In this document: positions 8,410 to 16,254 of the stretch, one piece after another | How positions within the stretch are numbered: position 1 is the stretch's first letter | Layout: the number at the start of each line of letters is the position of its first letter | From: Streptococcus phage phiARI0746 | DNA: 24,000 bases | Strand: one strand, 5' to 3' | Sequence record: KT337365.1 | Translations under genes and position numbers: made by a program | Notes under the pieces: generated by a model | The model's input: only the letters and a program-made list of their open reading frames with translations | Told to the model about the DNA's origin: nothing | Database searches by the model: none

Positions 8410-8420
8410 GTCTTTCCTCT

Positions 8421-9725
8421 CTATAGACCATAATCAGAACGTCTGCGGACGGTTGCTTTTCCACCTTCGATACATTGAAGGCTGTAACGCAAAGCGTCCA
8501 TCAAGTGGTTGTTTTTATCCTCTGGTTTATTCAACCAGTTGCCTTCTTTATCTCGCTGGTAGCAGTAACTATAAAATTCATCCATGATGTTTTTACAATC
8601 TGGATGCACATAAATAGTGTATCCTTGCAATTTAGATACGCCTGCCATAATACTATCCTTACCTTTCCGACTCTCTTTTATTCTAGATATGCCATGTTCT
8701 GACCTGAGCTCTTCAATCAGCCGTGACTCTGCGCTATCAGCAATGATTTGTGAGCGATGATAACCTTTGTCCTTTATCATCTTCGCAACTTCTTTGGTTA
8801 TCAATCCGACTTTATACGCCTCATCAAAGACATAAATCTCTTTCGTCGTGTCATTTATCAACGAACAACACAAAGCGGTTGGATCGTGAGTAAAACCAAA
8901 GTCAAGACCGATACATAACTTATTAGCTGAATCTCGTAGCAATTCATCCTTATCGAAATCCTTGACGGTCACGTTCTCATAGATTAAACCTTCAGCAACT
9001 CCCCATTCACCATCACAAACGATTCTCGCACGCCTTGGATTTGTGTGATACAAGTCCTCATAGCGCTTAATATCGACTTCATCAAGCCACTCATTGCATT
9101 TGTAAGTGGTTGTAGTAGCGAATGTATCAGCTCGGCTAGTCTCTTCATCAAAGAACACACGTTTGAGCCAGTGCCTCTCATTCCACGGGTTAAATGTGAC
9201 TGTGATTTGTTTAAAGAAATCAGGTACATCTAAGCTACCACGGATTGACTCAACTACTGTACTGAACTTGTCTTCAGTCTCAATTTGATATGCTTCCTCA
9301 AACCATGCCCAACAAAGACTGCCGACATCGACCGTGATAGATGTGATTTTGAGTTCATCATCCAAACCACGGAATAGGATTTTTTGACCAGTCGCTTTTA
9401 TGGTTATTTCAGGCAAAGATTCATTGAATTTAAACAAATGAGTCACACCCAACACATTACACGCCCATTTAAAATCCGTATAAGTTGATTGCTTGTTGGT
9501 ATTCGAGTATCTACGAATAACAAGCAAGTTGGCCCAGGGATACTTCAAAAGACGGATAACATAATTCAAAGCGGTTGTCTTGGACTTCTTCGAACCACGG
9601 GAACCTTTTACAACACGATAAAGATTTCTTGAGCGCCAGAACTGTCCGTACCCAGCTCCTACTGTCTTAGGTAGGTCAACAACAATATCGTTCTGTTTAA
9701 TCTGGTATGTCTGACTCATTTGCAA
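8421..9725 (-). CDS. terL: terminase large subunit (PBSX-family)
   Basis: 434 aa, KGSRGSKKSKTTALNYVIR (Walker A), LCWAWFEEAYQIE (Walker B), CIGLDFGFTHDPTALCC and KNIMDEFYSYCYQRD...NHLMDALRY nuclease motifs; ATG at 9719 is an alternative start. Confidence 0.95.
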   Translation of the reverse strand: MQMSQTYQIKQNDIVVDLPKTVGAGYGQFWRSRNLYRVVKGSRGSKKSKTTALNYVIRLLKYPWANLLVIRRYSNTNKQSTYTDFKWACNVLGVTHLFKFNESLPEITIKATGQKILFRGLDDELKITSITVDVGSLCWAWFEEAYQIETEDKFSTVVESIRGSLDVPDFFKQITVTFNPWNERHWLKRVFFDEETSRADTFATTTTYKCNEWLDEVDIKRYEDLYHTNPRRARIVCDGEWGVAEGLIYENVTVKDFDKDELLRDSANKLCIGLDFGFTHDPTALCCSLINDTTKEIYVFDEAYKVGLITKEVAKMIKDKGYHRSQIIADSAESRLIEELRSEHGISRIKESRKGKDSIMAGVSKLQGYTIYVHPDCKNIMDEFYSYCYQRDKEGNWLNKPEDKNNHLMDALRYSLQCIEGGKATVRRRSDYGL

Positions 9726-10197
9726 ACACCACCGTTCCAGAAACGTCAGCTTCTACTTTGTCGGTGAATAACTTGAGATACTTACCTAACAATTCAAGAG
9801 CCTTTATCTGCTCGTCAATAGGCGCCGTACCTTCGTATTCAATGTACTTTATAACTTCTCCCGTGATTTTATCTGTCTGTTTACTATATCCAACAATTGG
9901 ACGACCAAAGGCAATATCGATAAGACGATCTATAATGTCATTAGCTTTCAACCCCGATGCATCTAGTCGTTCTTTAGTTTTGATTTTGATGTAGTTTAAA
10001 ATCTCACCTTTTCTAACCCATGCACTACCTTTGTTAGCGGCATTAGCTTCGCCAGATGTTGGATATATTTTCAAATAAGCCTGTGTTGCATTATTGCCAT
10101 TAGCGATGTACTCATCTGCAAAATTGCGTTCACGGCTATTTAAACCAAACTCATCAACTTGTTCTCTGCTTCTTTTATTCCTGTTCTTCTTTACAAT
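9697..10197 (-). CDS. terS: terminase small subunit; N-terminus extends upstream of the track ORF, apparent ATT start
   Basis: The frame is open upstream of the TTG at 10074 and encodes (ATT)VKKNRNKRSREQVDEFGLNSRERNFADEYIANGNNATQAYLKIYPTSGEAN..., a typical TerS N-terminus; AAAGGTGG SD about 9 nt before ATT at 10197. Confidence 0.85.
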   Translation of the reverse strand: MVKKNRNKRSREQVDEFGLNSRERNFADEYIANGNNATQAYLKIYPTSGEANAANKGSAWVRKGEILNYIKIKTKERLDASGLKANDIIDRLIDIAFGRPIVGYSKQTDKITGEVIKYIEYEGTAPIDEQIKALELLGKYLKLFTDKVEADVSGTVVFANESDIPD

Positions 10198-10223
10198 TTT
10201 CCATCACCACCTTTCAAACAATC

Positions 10224-10254
10224 AAAAAAAGCCACACGATGTGCGACCTTTTAA
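10224..10254 (-). terminator. Rho-independent terminator between ncRNA/tRNA interval and terS
   Basis: Minus strand AAAGGTCGCAC-ATC-GTGTGGCTTTT, about 11 bp with G:U pairs, plus T7. Confidence 0.85.
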
Positions 10255-10271
10255 AGACCTCTCTCTGCGAA

Positions 10272-10345
10272 TTAAAATCGCAATTGGAACGACAGGATTC
10301 GAACCTGCCTACGTTTCAATTCCCTAAACAGGACTTAATCCGTCT
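10272..10345 (-). other. tRNA-like element (clear T-arm, poor cloverleaf elsewhere)
   Basis: Minus strand GCAGG-TTCGAAT-CCTGT followed by CGTTCCAA; the 5' acceptor TGGATAC pairs only partially. Confidence 0.35.
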
Positions 10346-10374
10346 ACCATGTATCCATTAACTAGCATGAGACT

Positions 10375-11336
10375 ACTGCTTTAAACGAGTGACTTTTGAT
10401 AACTTATAGTTTATTATCTTGTCCACAAATATTCCTACTTGTATCACTCATGCACGATTGGTTAGACCAATCACTCCTCACATCGCAAACTACTAAGCCA
10501 TTTTTCAATTAACGAAGACTCCGCTAAAAGTCTAAGCTGCTTTACTCTTTGACTTTACTCTCATCCTTGCGAGACTTGAGCAGGCAATCTAATTGCCGAA
10601 GTGCACTTTCGTTTACGACGGGCGATGACTTTTGCTTTTTTGAGTTTTTTCTATCTTGAATAGCCTTAAAATATAAAAATCATCTTTCATCTATCACAGA
10701 CACGCATCGCCATGTGTTTCATTCTCTTTTGAAGAACAAAATGCACAGCGCCTGCTTGTTATCGATTGTTTTGCGGACAATCGACTCATCTTACATACTT
10801 TTGGGAGGCACCCAATTTTTGTAAGATATGGTATCAAGCTCTTGTTGCACCTCGAACCAAATACCTCTTTCCTCTTATAGACTCGTTTCACAGCCAAACA
10901 GCCACATTTGCATTTCCTCAGCACCTTGCCGTTGGAATCTTCCTGCTTTAACTTCGCCTACCTATTCCAAAACTGAAATAGTTAAGATTACATTGCTTAG
11001 ATTGACCATTGCTGGCAGGATGTTTGATAGATTTAAAAACATCCTTTTCCTGAGTTACCACAGATTATCTAGGCTAAGCCCTAAAAGTGCAAGGCGACTA
11101 CAACCTTGCGTGCGTATTAAATTTTGACTTCTTTTTTATTTTTTGTAGTCTTTAAAACCTCTGAGGGAATCAAACCCTCTAGCTTATAACTTATCCGGAA
11201 TATAATTAGCTACGCAATCATGCGAGGTCCAGTCGCTTCCGCAACCATTTTTAAGTTAATGAGTGATAGGAGTTAATGAGTGATATATGAATGCTAAGCC
11301 TACTGCCTACCCCATTCTGGGACACAAACACTCAAA
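10375..11336 (-). ncRNA. candidate large structured non-coding RNA (GOLLD/ROOL-like or unknown class)
   Basis: About 1 kb with no convincing ORF, between tRNA-Ser and a terminator, with many strong local stems on the minus strand (TCGATTGT/ACAATCGA, ATCTTACA/TGTAAGAT, TTGGAAT/ATTCCAA, GGCAAT/ATTGCC, GATTGG/CCAATC). Confidence 0.5.
11254..11287. repeat. 17-nt tandem duplication
   Basis: agttaatgagtgatagg followed directly by agttaatgagtgatata. Confidence 0.85.
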
Positions 11337-11426
11337 GGAGAGTGTGGGATTTGAACCCACGGACCGCACATAGGCGATCACCCGTCTAGCAAACGGGCGC
11401 ATTCAACCTGACTCTGCCAACTCTCC
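11337..11426 (-). tRNA. tRNA-Ser(GCU)
   Basis: Minus strand GGAGAGT...GCAGAGTCAGGTTGAATGC...CCCGT-TTGCTAG-ACGGG, long variable arm, CGTGGGTTCAAATCCCACACTCTCC; perfect 7-bp acceptor stem. Confidence 0.93.
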
Positions 11427-11512
11427 ATGTCAGGGAAGGCTCACTGCCTTACCCTTAATTCTTGATGATACTATAATAGCACGATTGTTAGACCAGTGCG
11501 CTTCAACCTAGT

Positions 11513-11944
11513 TCACATTAGTTCGCTTTTATCAACTACAACACCCAATTCACAGATTGCATCTTTCTTCTTTTTGTAAAAAGTGGTCTTGCTGCATCGT
11601 AAAAATTCAATCATATCATACACGTTTGCTTTCTGAATATACACCATCCTTAGAATTGTTCGACTTGCAGGCTTAGGCATTTTATCAATCAATTTACTGA
11701 GCTCAATTCTGCGCTGGATAGCTTCAGCAGTTGCTTGCTTTATGTACTCTTTCAAGGGATCTTGCATGCTAAAAATATCGATGTAACGTTCATCTAATCG
11801 AACCTTCTGACCACCTTGAACCTTATCCATTCTCATTTTAGGACTAGAAAGCAAACTAGCTTCAAGATTAGCAAGCTCGTCTATTCGACTCTGTATCTCT
11901 TCATCCAAATTCTGTAGTTCATCAAGTAACTCTTTAGCCTTCAC
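11513..11944 (-). CDS. DUF1492/ArpU-like late transcription regulator
   Basis: 143 aa; C-terminal sigma-like LRMVYIQKANVYDMIEFLRCSKTTFYKKKKDAICELG; position just before the late genes. Confidence 0.8.
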   Translation of the reverse strand: MKAKELLDELQNLDEEIQSRIDELANLEASLLSSPKMRMDKVQGGQKVRLDERYIDIFSMQDPLKEYIKQATAEAIQRRIELSKLIDKMPKPASRTILRMVYIQKANVYDMIEFLRCSKTTFYKKKKDAICELGVVVDKSELM

Positions 11945-11987
11945 TCTCTATCTCCTTTGTGATATAATAATAGTGTTTGAAATTATT

Positions 11988-12017
11988 GCTGAGACAGAGA
12001 GTGTCTTGGCTTTTTTT
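11988..12017 (+). terminator. plus-oriented Rho-independent terminator-like hairpin
   Basis: GCtGAGACA-gagag-TGTCTTgGC followed by T7 on the + strand; no + strand gene upstream. Confidence 0.6.
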
Positions 12018-12381
12018 AATGCTTAAATTCGTTGACCAGGTCCCGGATAAAGAACTTCCAATCAGATTCCCTAAACGTCAAAAAACGATCTGTAGTAAAA
12101 TTTCTAAGTCTTCTATAGAAAAGCATTTTTAGTTGGATTGACTCACCAACACTCAGTAAGGTTCCAGGGAAGAGATATACTGAATGCACTCTATTTCCAT
12201 ACCCAGAAATATCTAAATGTATTATCGTTTCTGGATATATGCGCCCTGTACTAGCTTCAACTTCGAGCTCAACTTTGACCTCTTCCACAATTGGAACTTC
12301 GTTTAAAATTGGTCGTGCAGGAAATAATGGCGACGAGACTTTTTGCCTTTTTCCTGAATATGGGTATCTTTTAGGTTTCAT
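12016..12381 (-). CDS. hypothetical phage protein
   Basis: 121-aa ORF, ATGA-type overlap with the upstream gene. Confidence 0.6.
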   Translation of the reverse strand: MKPKRYPYSGKRQKVSSPLFPARPILNEVPIVEEVKVELEVEASTGRIYPETIIHLDISGYGNRVHSVYLFPGTLLSVGESIQLKMLFYRRLRNFTTDRFLTFRESDWKFFIRDLVNEFKH

Positions 12382-12698
12382 TGTTTATCCCCTTCTTTAT
12401 TCTCTAAAACGGCATCTTGTATAAAAGTATTACCGATTTTATAGTGCTTGTATTCCTCAACTGTTACTTCAAATGTTTCTTCAACTTGCTTATTACCTGC
12501 ATATCCTGAAACGACCAGGATGTATTTTCTTTTGGTTCTGGTTGGCACAAGTACCGAACTTTTACCATTCATAACAGGTATGAACGTTGTGTGAGGTTCA
12601 TCAATGTACTTATCTACCACTGTCCCACTCGAAATCTGGTGACATGCTACAAGTAAGGATGCGAATAAAACAATACATAGGATTTTAAAATATCTCAC
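12378..12698 (-). CDS. putative lipoprotein, phage hypothetical
   Basis: 106 aa, N-terminal lipobox-like MRYFKILCIVLFASLLVAC. Confidence 0.7.
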   Translation of the reverse strand: MRYFKILCIVLFASLLVACHQISSGTVVDKYIDEPHTTFIPVMNGKSSVLVPTRTKRKYILVVSGYAGNKQVEETFEVTVEEYKHYKIGNTFIQDAVLENKEGDKQ

Positions 12699-13117
12699 TC
12701 GTTGACCTCCAAAAGTTCTGGGTTTTCGTAGATGTTGCCGATGATTTCATAATTCTTGCGAATATCTTCATAGTCCATAGCTTGAAACGATTCATCATCG
12801 TCATAACTAGAGTTAAGGTGAAACCCGATATTTTTTATTTTATATCCAAAATCTTCCTCATAAATCCACTTACCAAATTTGACTACACTGGGCATTCCAC
12901 TATTCCTAGAAATCACATCCCCCTCGAAAATCTCCACCATGTTCTTATCTTTGAGTCCTGTTGATTGCATGAGATGAATGTCATTGTTCACAATCCATTC
13001 ACCAGCAACAGAATCCTCATCAATAATCCAGATATCGCCATTTCCAACCATCACTTCGTTTGGTTGATACATGCGACTTAACGAGCCGCCATCATACGCT
13101 CTAAATTTCGGTATCAT
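12695..13117 (-). CDS. YopX family protein
   Basis: 140 aa, IPKFRAYD...LMQSTGLKDKNMVEIFEGDVI, the typical YopX pattern. Confidence 0.9.
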   Translation of the reverse strand: MIPKFRAYDGGSLSRMYQPNEVMVGNGDIWIIDEDSVAGEWIVNNDIHLMQSTGLKDKNMVEIFEGDVISRNSGMPSVVKFGKWIYEEDFGYKIKNIGFHLNSSYDDDESFQAMDYEDIRKNYEIIGNIYENPELLEVNE

Positions 13118-13308
13118 GCCAAATCCTCCTTATCTAAAATCCATGCAATATAGACACAAATCAGAGCAAGCATAATGGAATCCGCCAAATTCCCTCTCAC
13201 TCCACCTAAGATAATAATTTCAAGTATCTTCCAGAGATAGTCCAATATAATAAAATGGACAAGTTGGGTCAAGAAGAAGTTATACTTCCCATTAAATCGA
13301 AATTTCAT
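13114..13308 (-). CDS. small membrane protein
   Basis: 64 aa with hydrophobic segments; overlapping starts and stops in the operon. Confidence 0.55.
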   Translation of the reverse strand: MKFRFNGKYNFFLTQLVHFIILDYLWKILEIIILGGVRGNLADSIMLALICVYIAWILDKEDLA

Positions 13309-13565
13309 AACATCACCTCATCCCCGACCTTAACTTTATCCCACTGTTCCTTCGTAACCACAAACACACCGTAGTCACGAATCGTAAGCGTGTATAGCTT
13401 GCCATGCCGTCCTTTCTCGACGACCTTATCAAATATCTCAGCGCCTGCATTATCCGCCTTGTAGATAACCATCGGCTTCTTCTCTTCCAAATCTCGAATC
13501 CTGTCCATCTGCCAGATGTTTAATCCAGCAGATAGTAAAATCCAGATAGCTATAAATCGTTTCAA
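13305..13565 (-). CDS. DUF1372-like small membrane-anchored protein
   Basis: 86 aa, N-terminal TM then LYTLTIRDYGVFVVTKEQWDKVKVGDEV. Confidence 0.65.
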   Translation of the reverse strand: MKRFIAIWILLSAGLNIWQMDRIRDLEEKKPMVIYKADNAGAEIFDKVVEKGRHGKLYTLTIRDYGVFVVTKEQWDKVKVGDEVML

Positions 13566-13813
13566 TCTGTGACCTCCTCAATCTCAACACCTTCACAATC
13601 AAACACCCAGCCGAGCTTTGCTTCTTCTAGTTCTTTACGGGTGTGGGAATATATAACATCGTCTAAACTAAAGCTTTTTGTAAAGAAATACCTTTTCAAA
13701 AGTTCTCCATAAACCAACATATTTTCTTTAATATTCCCTTTAATCTTAACAAAATACCGCTTCTCTTCCTCGACCTCGTAGCCGTCAAGCCAAGCTCGAG
13801 CGAATGTTTCCAT
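13562..13813 (-). CDS. DUF1642-like protein
   Basis: 83 aa, METFARAWLDGYEVEEEKRYFVKI... ending as the DUF1642 C-terminus. Confidence 0.7.
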   Translation of the reverse strand: METFARAWLDGYEVEEEKRYFVKIKGNIKENMLVYGELLKRYFFTKSFSLDDVIYSHTRKELEEAKLGWVFDCEGVEIEEVTD

Positions 13814-13814
13814 G

Positions 13815-14147
13815 TTATTTTTTTGTATAAAGCCACTGATCCACTTGTTTGTTAATGAGTGACGAATTCATGGCATCTTGTAAATCACGTCCAATTTCTT
13901 TTGAGTGTTCGATATGTTCCGCCACAAACTGCGGTACTACGACTTTAATTTTGGATTTATCAACGATGTCGTCTGTAATATAAATATTATTGTTGGGTAC
14001 ATTGAGAGTTTGCCCGTATTCCAATCTAACAACATTTTCAACGCACTTGTTCTCATCCACATCAAAACCGACTATTTTCCCTTTCAAGAGAACTTCATCC
14101 CCTATAAAAAAGTTAAAGCGTGGTGTTTCAATTAGATCTTTATTCAT
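13815..14147 (-). CDS. hypothetical phage protein
   Basis: 110-aa ORF in operon. Confidence 0.6.
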   Translation of the reverse strand: MNKDLIETPRFNFFIGDEVLLKGKIVGFDVDENKCVENVVRLEYGQTLNVPNNNIYITDDIVDKSKIKVVVPQFVAEHIEHSKEIGRDLQDAMNSSLINKQVDQWLYTKK

Positions 14148-14550
14148 TTTCCACCTCCTCTATATCAAACACTAATCTATAATGCCCTTTCTCCTCACTT
14201 AAGCCACCATAAACAAAGGATAACTTTTTGATAACCTTATGATTATCATCTGTCCAAATACCTGCATCAGTCATGCCATCAATGATAGCCTTGACTGTCG
14301 GATACAAGTTAGGTGGATCTAATTTAGACTTAGTAGGGCTGTAAATTGTAACTGTAACCTCACAAGGGTTAGAGGGGCTAAAAGCAGCCCTCCCTTTATC
14401 CTTGTTCATTGATGTATGCCAATAAGCAAAAGCTCTAATGCGCTTAGTAACTTTAGCCTTATCTGTTTGATGTTGTCTGTCATTACTATTGATAACCATG
14501 TTTAGAGATTTTAGCTTAGTATTCCGAGGCAAAGAAAACTCAAATTTCAT
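14140..14550 (-). CDS. RusA-like Holliday junction resolvase
   Basis: ATG at 14550: MKFEFSLPRNTKLKSLNMVIN...KLDPPNLYPTVKAIIDGMTDAGIWTDDNHKVIKKLSFVYGG; matches the RusA DPPN...K...DG..D..... DD pattern. Confidence 0.8.
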   Translation of the reverse strand: MKFEFSLPRNTKLKSLNMVINSNDRQHQTDKAKVTKRIRAFAYWHTSMNKDKGRAAFSPSNPCEVTVTIYSPTKSKLDPPNLYPTVKAIIDGMTDAGIWTDDNHKVIKKLSFVYGGLSEEKGHYRLVFDIEEVENE

Positions 14551-14560
14551 TTTGATTACC

Positions 14561-14785
14561 TTAAAACTCAATGTTTTCAATTTCTGCACGCTGTTCAAGG
14601 ATCTTGAGATATGCACACATTGTATAGTGTTGAGTTTCAAGTAACTCAATAGGACATTTTAGTTTAAAATCAAGTGTTCCTACGTAATAGTTACTAATCA
14701 TCAAACTTAACTTATTGGTTCGCTCTTTTAATTGTTTGTATTCTTCAATCATCCGTTGTTTGTAATCACTCATTTTAATTTCCAC
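14561..14785 (-). CDS. small conserved phage protein
   Basis: 74 aa, MSDYKQRMIEEYKQLKERTNKLSLMI...LETQHYTMCAYLKILEQRA. Confidence 0.7.
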   Translation of the reverse strand: MEIKMSDYKQRMIEEYKQLKERTNKLSLMISNYYVGTLDFKLKCPIELLETQHYTMCAYLKILEQRAEIENIEF

Positions 14786-14789
14786 TTTC

Positions 14790-15527
14790 TTATGCTAATA
14801 CTGTGATATGTTTTTGGTCTGCTAGTTGCTCTTTTAGATAGGCTGCAATGTTTCCTACTGCATCAGCTACCCAACGCTTACCATCTGCCTCAAATAAAGC
14901 CATATTGGCTTGCTTATCAATTCTAAAGACAAATAGGCTTGCCGGTTGCTCAACCTCGCTAAATGTACGATATGGGCGCAATGTAACCGGATTAGGTGCT
15001 TTGCCTTTAGCAAGGCTTGCCACCCCTGTTTTAACTGTTGCTACTTGAGATACTCCATTATCTTCAATTTCAGCCCCATTCTCAATTTTCAATGCGCTAG
15101 CAAATTCTAGCAATGTGCCACGATCGTTATCGTCAATAAAGTTTGATTGCAACATGATATTGAACTGTTCCGATGATAGGAAACGGCCAAAAGATAGCTC
15201 TGGAACGCGTGCCTTAACATCAACAAGCAATGTGCGATGTTCGATCTCATCATTTTCAGACCACACACAAACCTCATCGTTTTTCTCAACTGCTACAATC
15301 AAGCGTTGGTTTTTCAAATTGTTTAGGTCTGTTTTGAGATAGTCAACAAGGCTTGTCAAGGTTGATAGCTCCAGAGTTTTAGGATAGCGTTTAGGGTCAA
15401 GTTCTTTGAGGTTGAATTTGTTGGCATCATAATACTCTGTTCCATCTGCAGCTGTTAAAATTTCCAAACCATGCTCATTTAGTTCTACTGCGTATTCCAA
15501 TGCTGATTTAAGATTTTCTGTTGTCAT
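14790..15527 (-). CDS. DUF2303-like protein
   Basis: 245 aa, ...NPVTLRPYRTFSEVEQPASLFVFRI... Confidence 0.75.
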   Translation of the reverse strand: MTTENLKSALEYAVELNEHGLEILTAADGTEYYDANKFNLKELDPKRYPKTLELSTLTSLVDYLKTDLNNLKNQRLIVAVEKNDEVCVWSENDEIEHRTLLVDVKARVPELSFGRFLSSEQFNIMLQSNFIDDNDRGTLLEFASALKIENGAEIEDNGVSQVATVKTGVASLAKGKAPNPVTLRPYRTFSEVEQPASLFVFRIDKQANMALFEADGKRWVADAVGNIAAYLKEQLADQKHITVLA

Positions 15528-15528
15528 A

Positions 15529-15963
15529 TTAGTTACCTACTTTCTTTTTGTTGAAATCAATAATATCTGATTTTGTTTCTGCTTGTTGTTCAATTTCTGC
15601 CACTGGTTGCCCAATATCCGTCAGAATTTCTCCGTTTTCATCAAAATACATTTGACCAGGTACTGTACTTTTCAGCTCGTTAGCATGTACTTGTCCTGTA
15701 TCAAAATCACGCCCAATAAGAATTGTTGTAGCTACTCCATTTTGAGGCGCAAATTTTGATTTCACCTCCATGGTAGTATCAACAACTGTACGCTCTTCAT
15801 TTGCTGACATTGTAAGTGTGATAGTCACTTTTCGTTTTGCTTTCGCATCTGTATTTAGGTCAAGGATGTTATCAAAGACTTTTTCAAGCTCTTTGTCTAG
15901 TTTCTCCTGTAATCCTCCATCTGCAATGTGGGTTAGATCTAACCCAATAAGTTTTTTATCCAT
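15529..15963 (-). CDS. hypothetical phage replication-region protein
   Basis: 144-aa ORF, adjacent to the DUF2303-like gene. Confidence 0.65.
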   Translation of the reverse strand: MDKKLIGLDLTHIADGGLQEKLDKELEKVFDNILDLNTDAKAKRKVTITLTMSANEERTVVDTTMEVKSKFAPQNGVATTILIGRDFDTGQVHANELKSTVPGQMYFDENGEILTDIGQPVAEIEQQAETKSDIIDFNKKKVGN

Positions 15964-16016
15964 ATTGTCCTCCTGCTTTAAATTAAGCTAATTTGAAATA
16001 GCGCCATCAAATACTT

Positions 16017-16238
16017 TCATCTAAACACCTCCCCACCATCTGAGTACCATTTGTTTTTAAGTACATGACGTGCAATCTCACATTGCACTTGTGGTTTCTG
16101 ATAATAATCCACTTTTGCCTTGTGCTTTTTGATAGCTTGCATAGTGTGAATTGTAACAATCGCTGCCCATGTGATAGACATCAAAGTTGTAAGTACCATA
16201 ACGATTTCAATTTTTGTCATTTTCTGTTTCCTTTTCAA
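16017..16238 (-). CDS. small membrane protein
   Basis: 73 aa with one TM (IEIVMVLTTLMSITWAAIVTIHTM). Confidence 0.6.
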   Translation of the reverse strand: MKRKQKMTKIEIVMVLTTLMSITWAAIVTIHTMQAIKKHKAKVDYYQKPQVQCEIARHVLKNKWYSDGGEVFR

Positions 16239-16254
16239 ATTGGTTTAAATAGGG

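Noticed and set aside
10450-10470. Possible amber-suppressor tRNA: GATTG-GTCTAAC-CAATC loop would present CUA
   Set aside because: No flanking D-arm, T-arm or acceptor stem; a simple 6-bp hairpin is a sufficient explanation.
10694-10924. Cys-rich 76-aa minus-strand ORF that superficially resembles a zinc-binding/HNH fragment
   Set aside because: Cysteines are not spaced as a convincing zinc ribbon or HNH, there is no good SD, and the DNA is full of strong stems; better explained as non-coding structured RNA.
10828-11127. 99-aa + strand ORF
   Set aside because: Antisense to the putative ncRNA, no SD and no recognisable domain.
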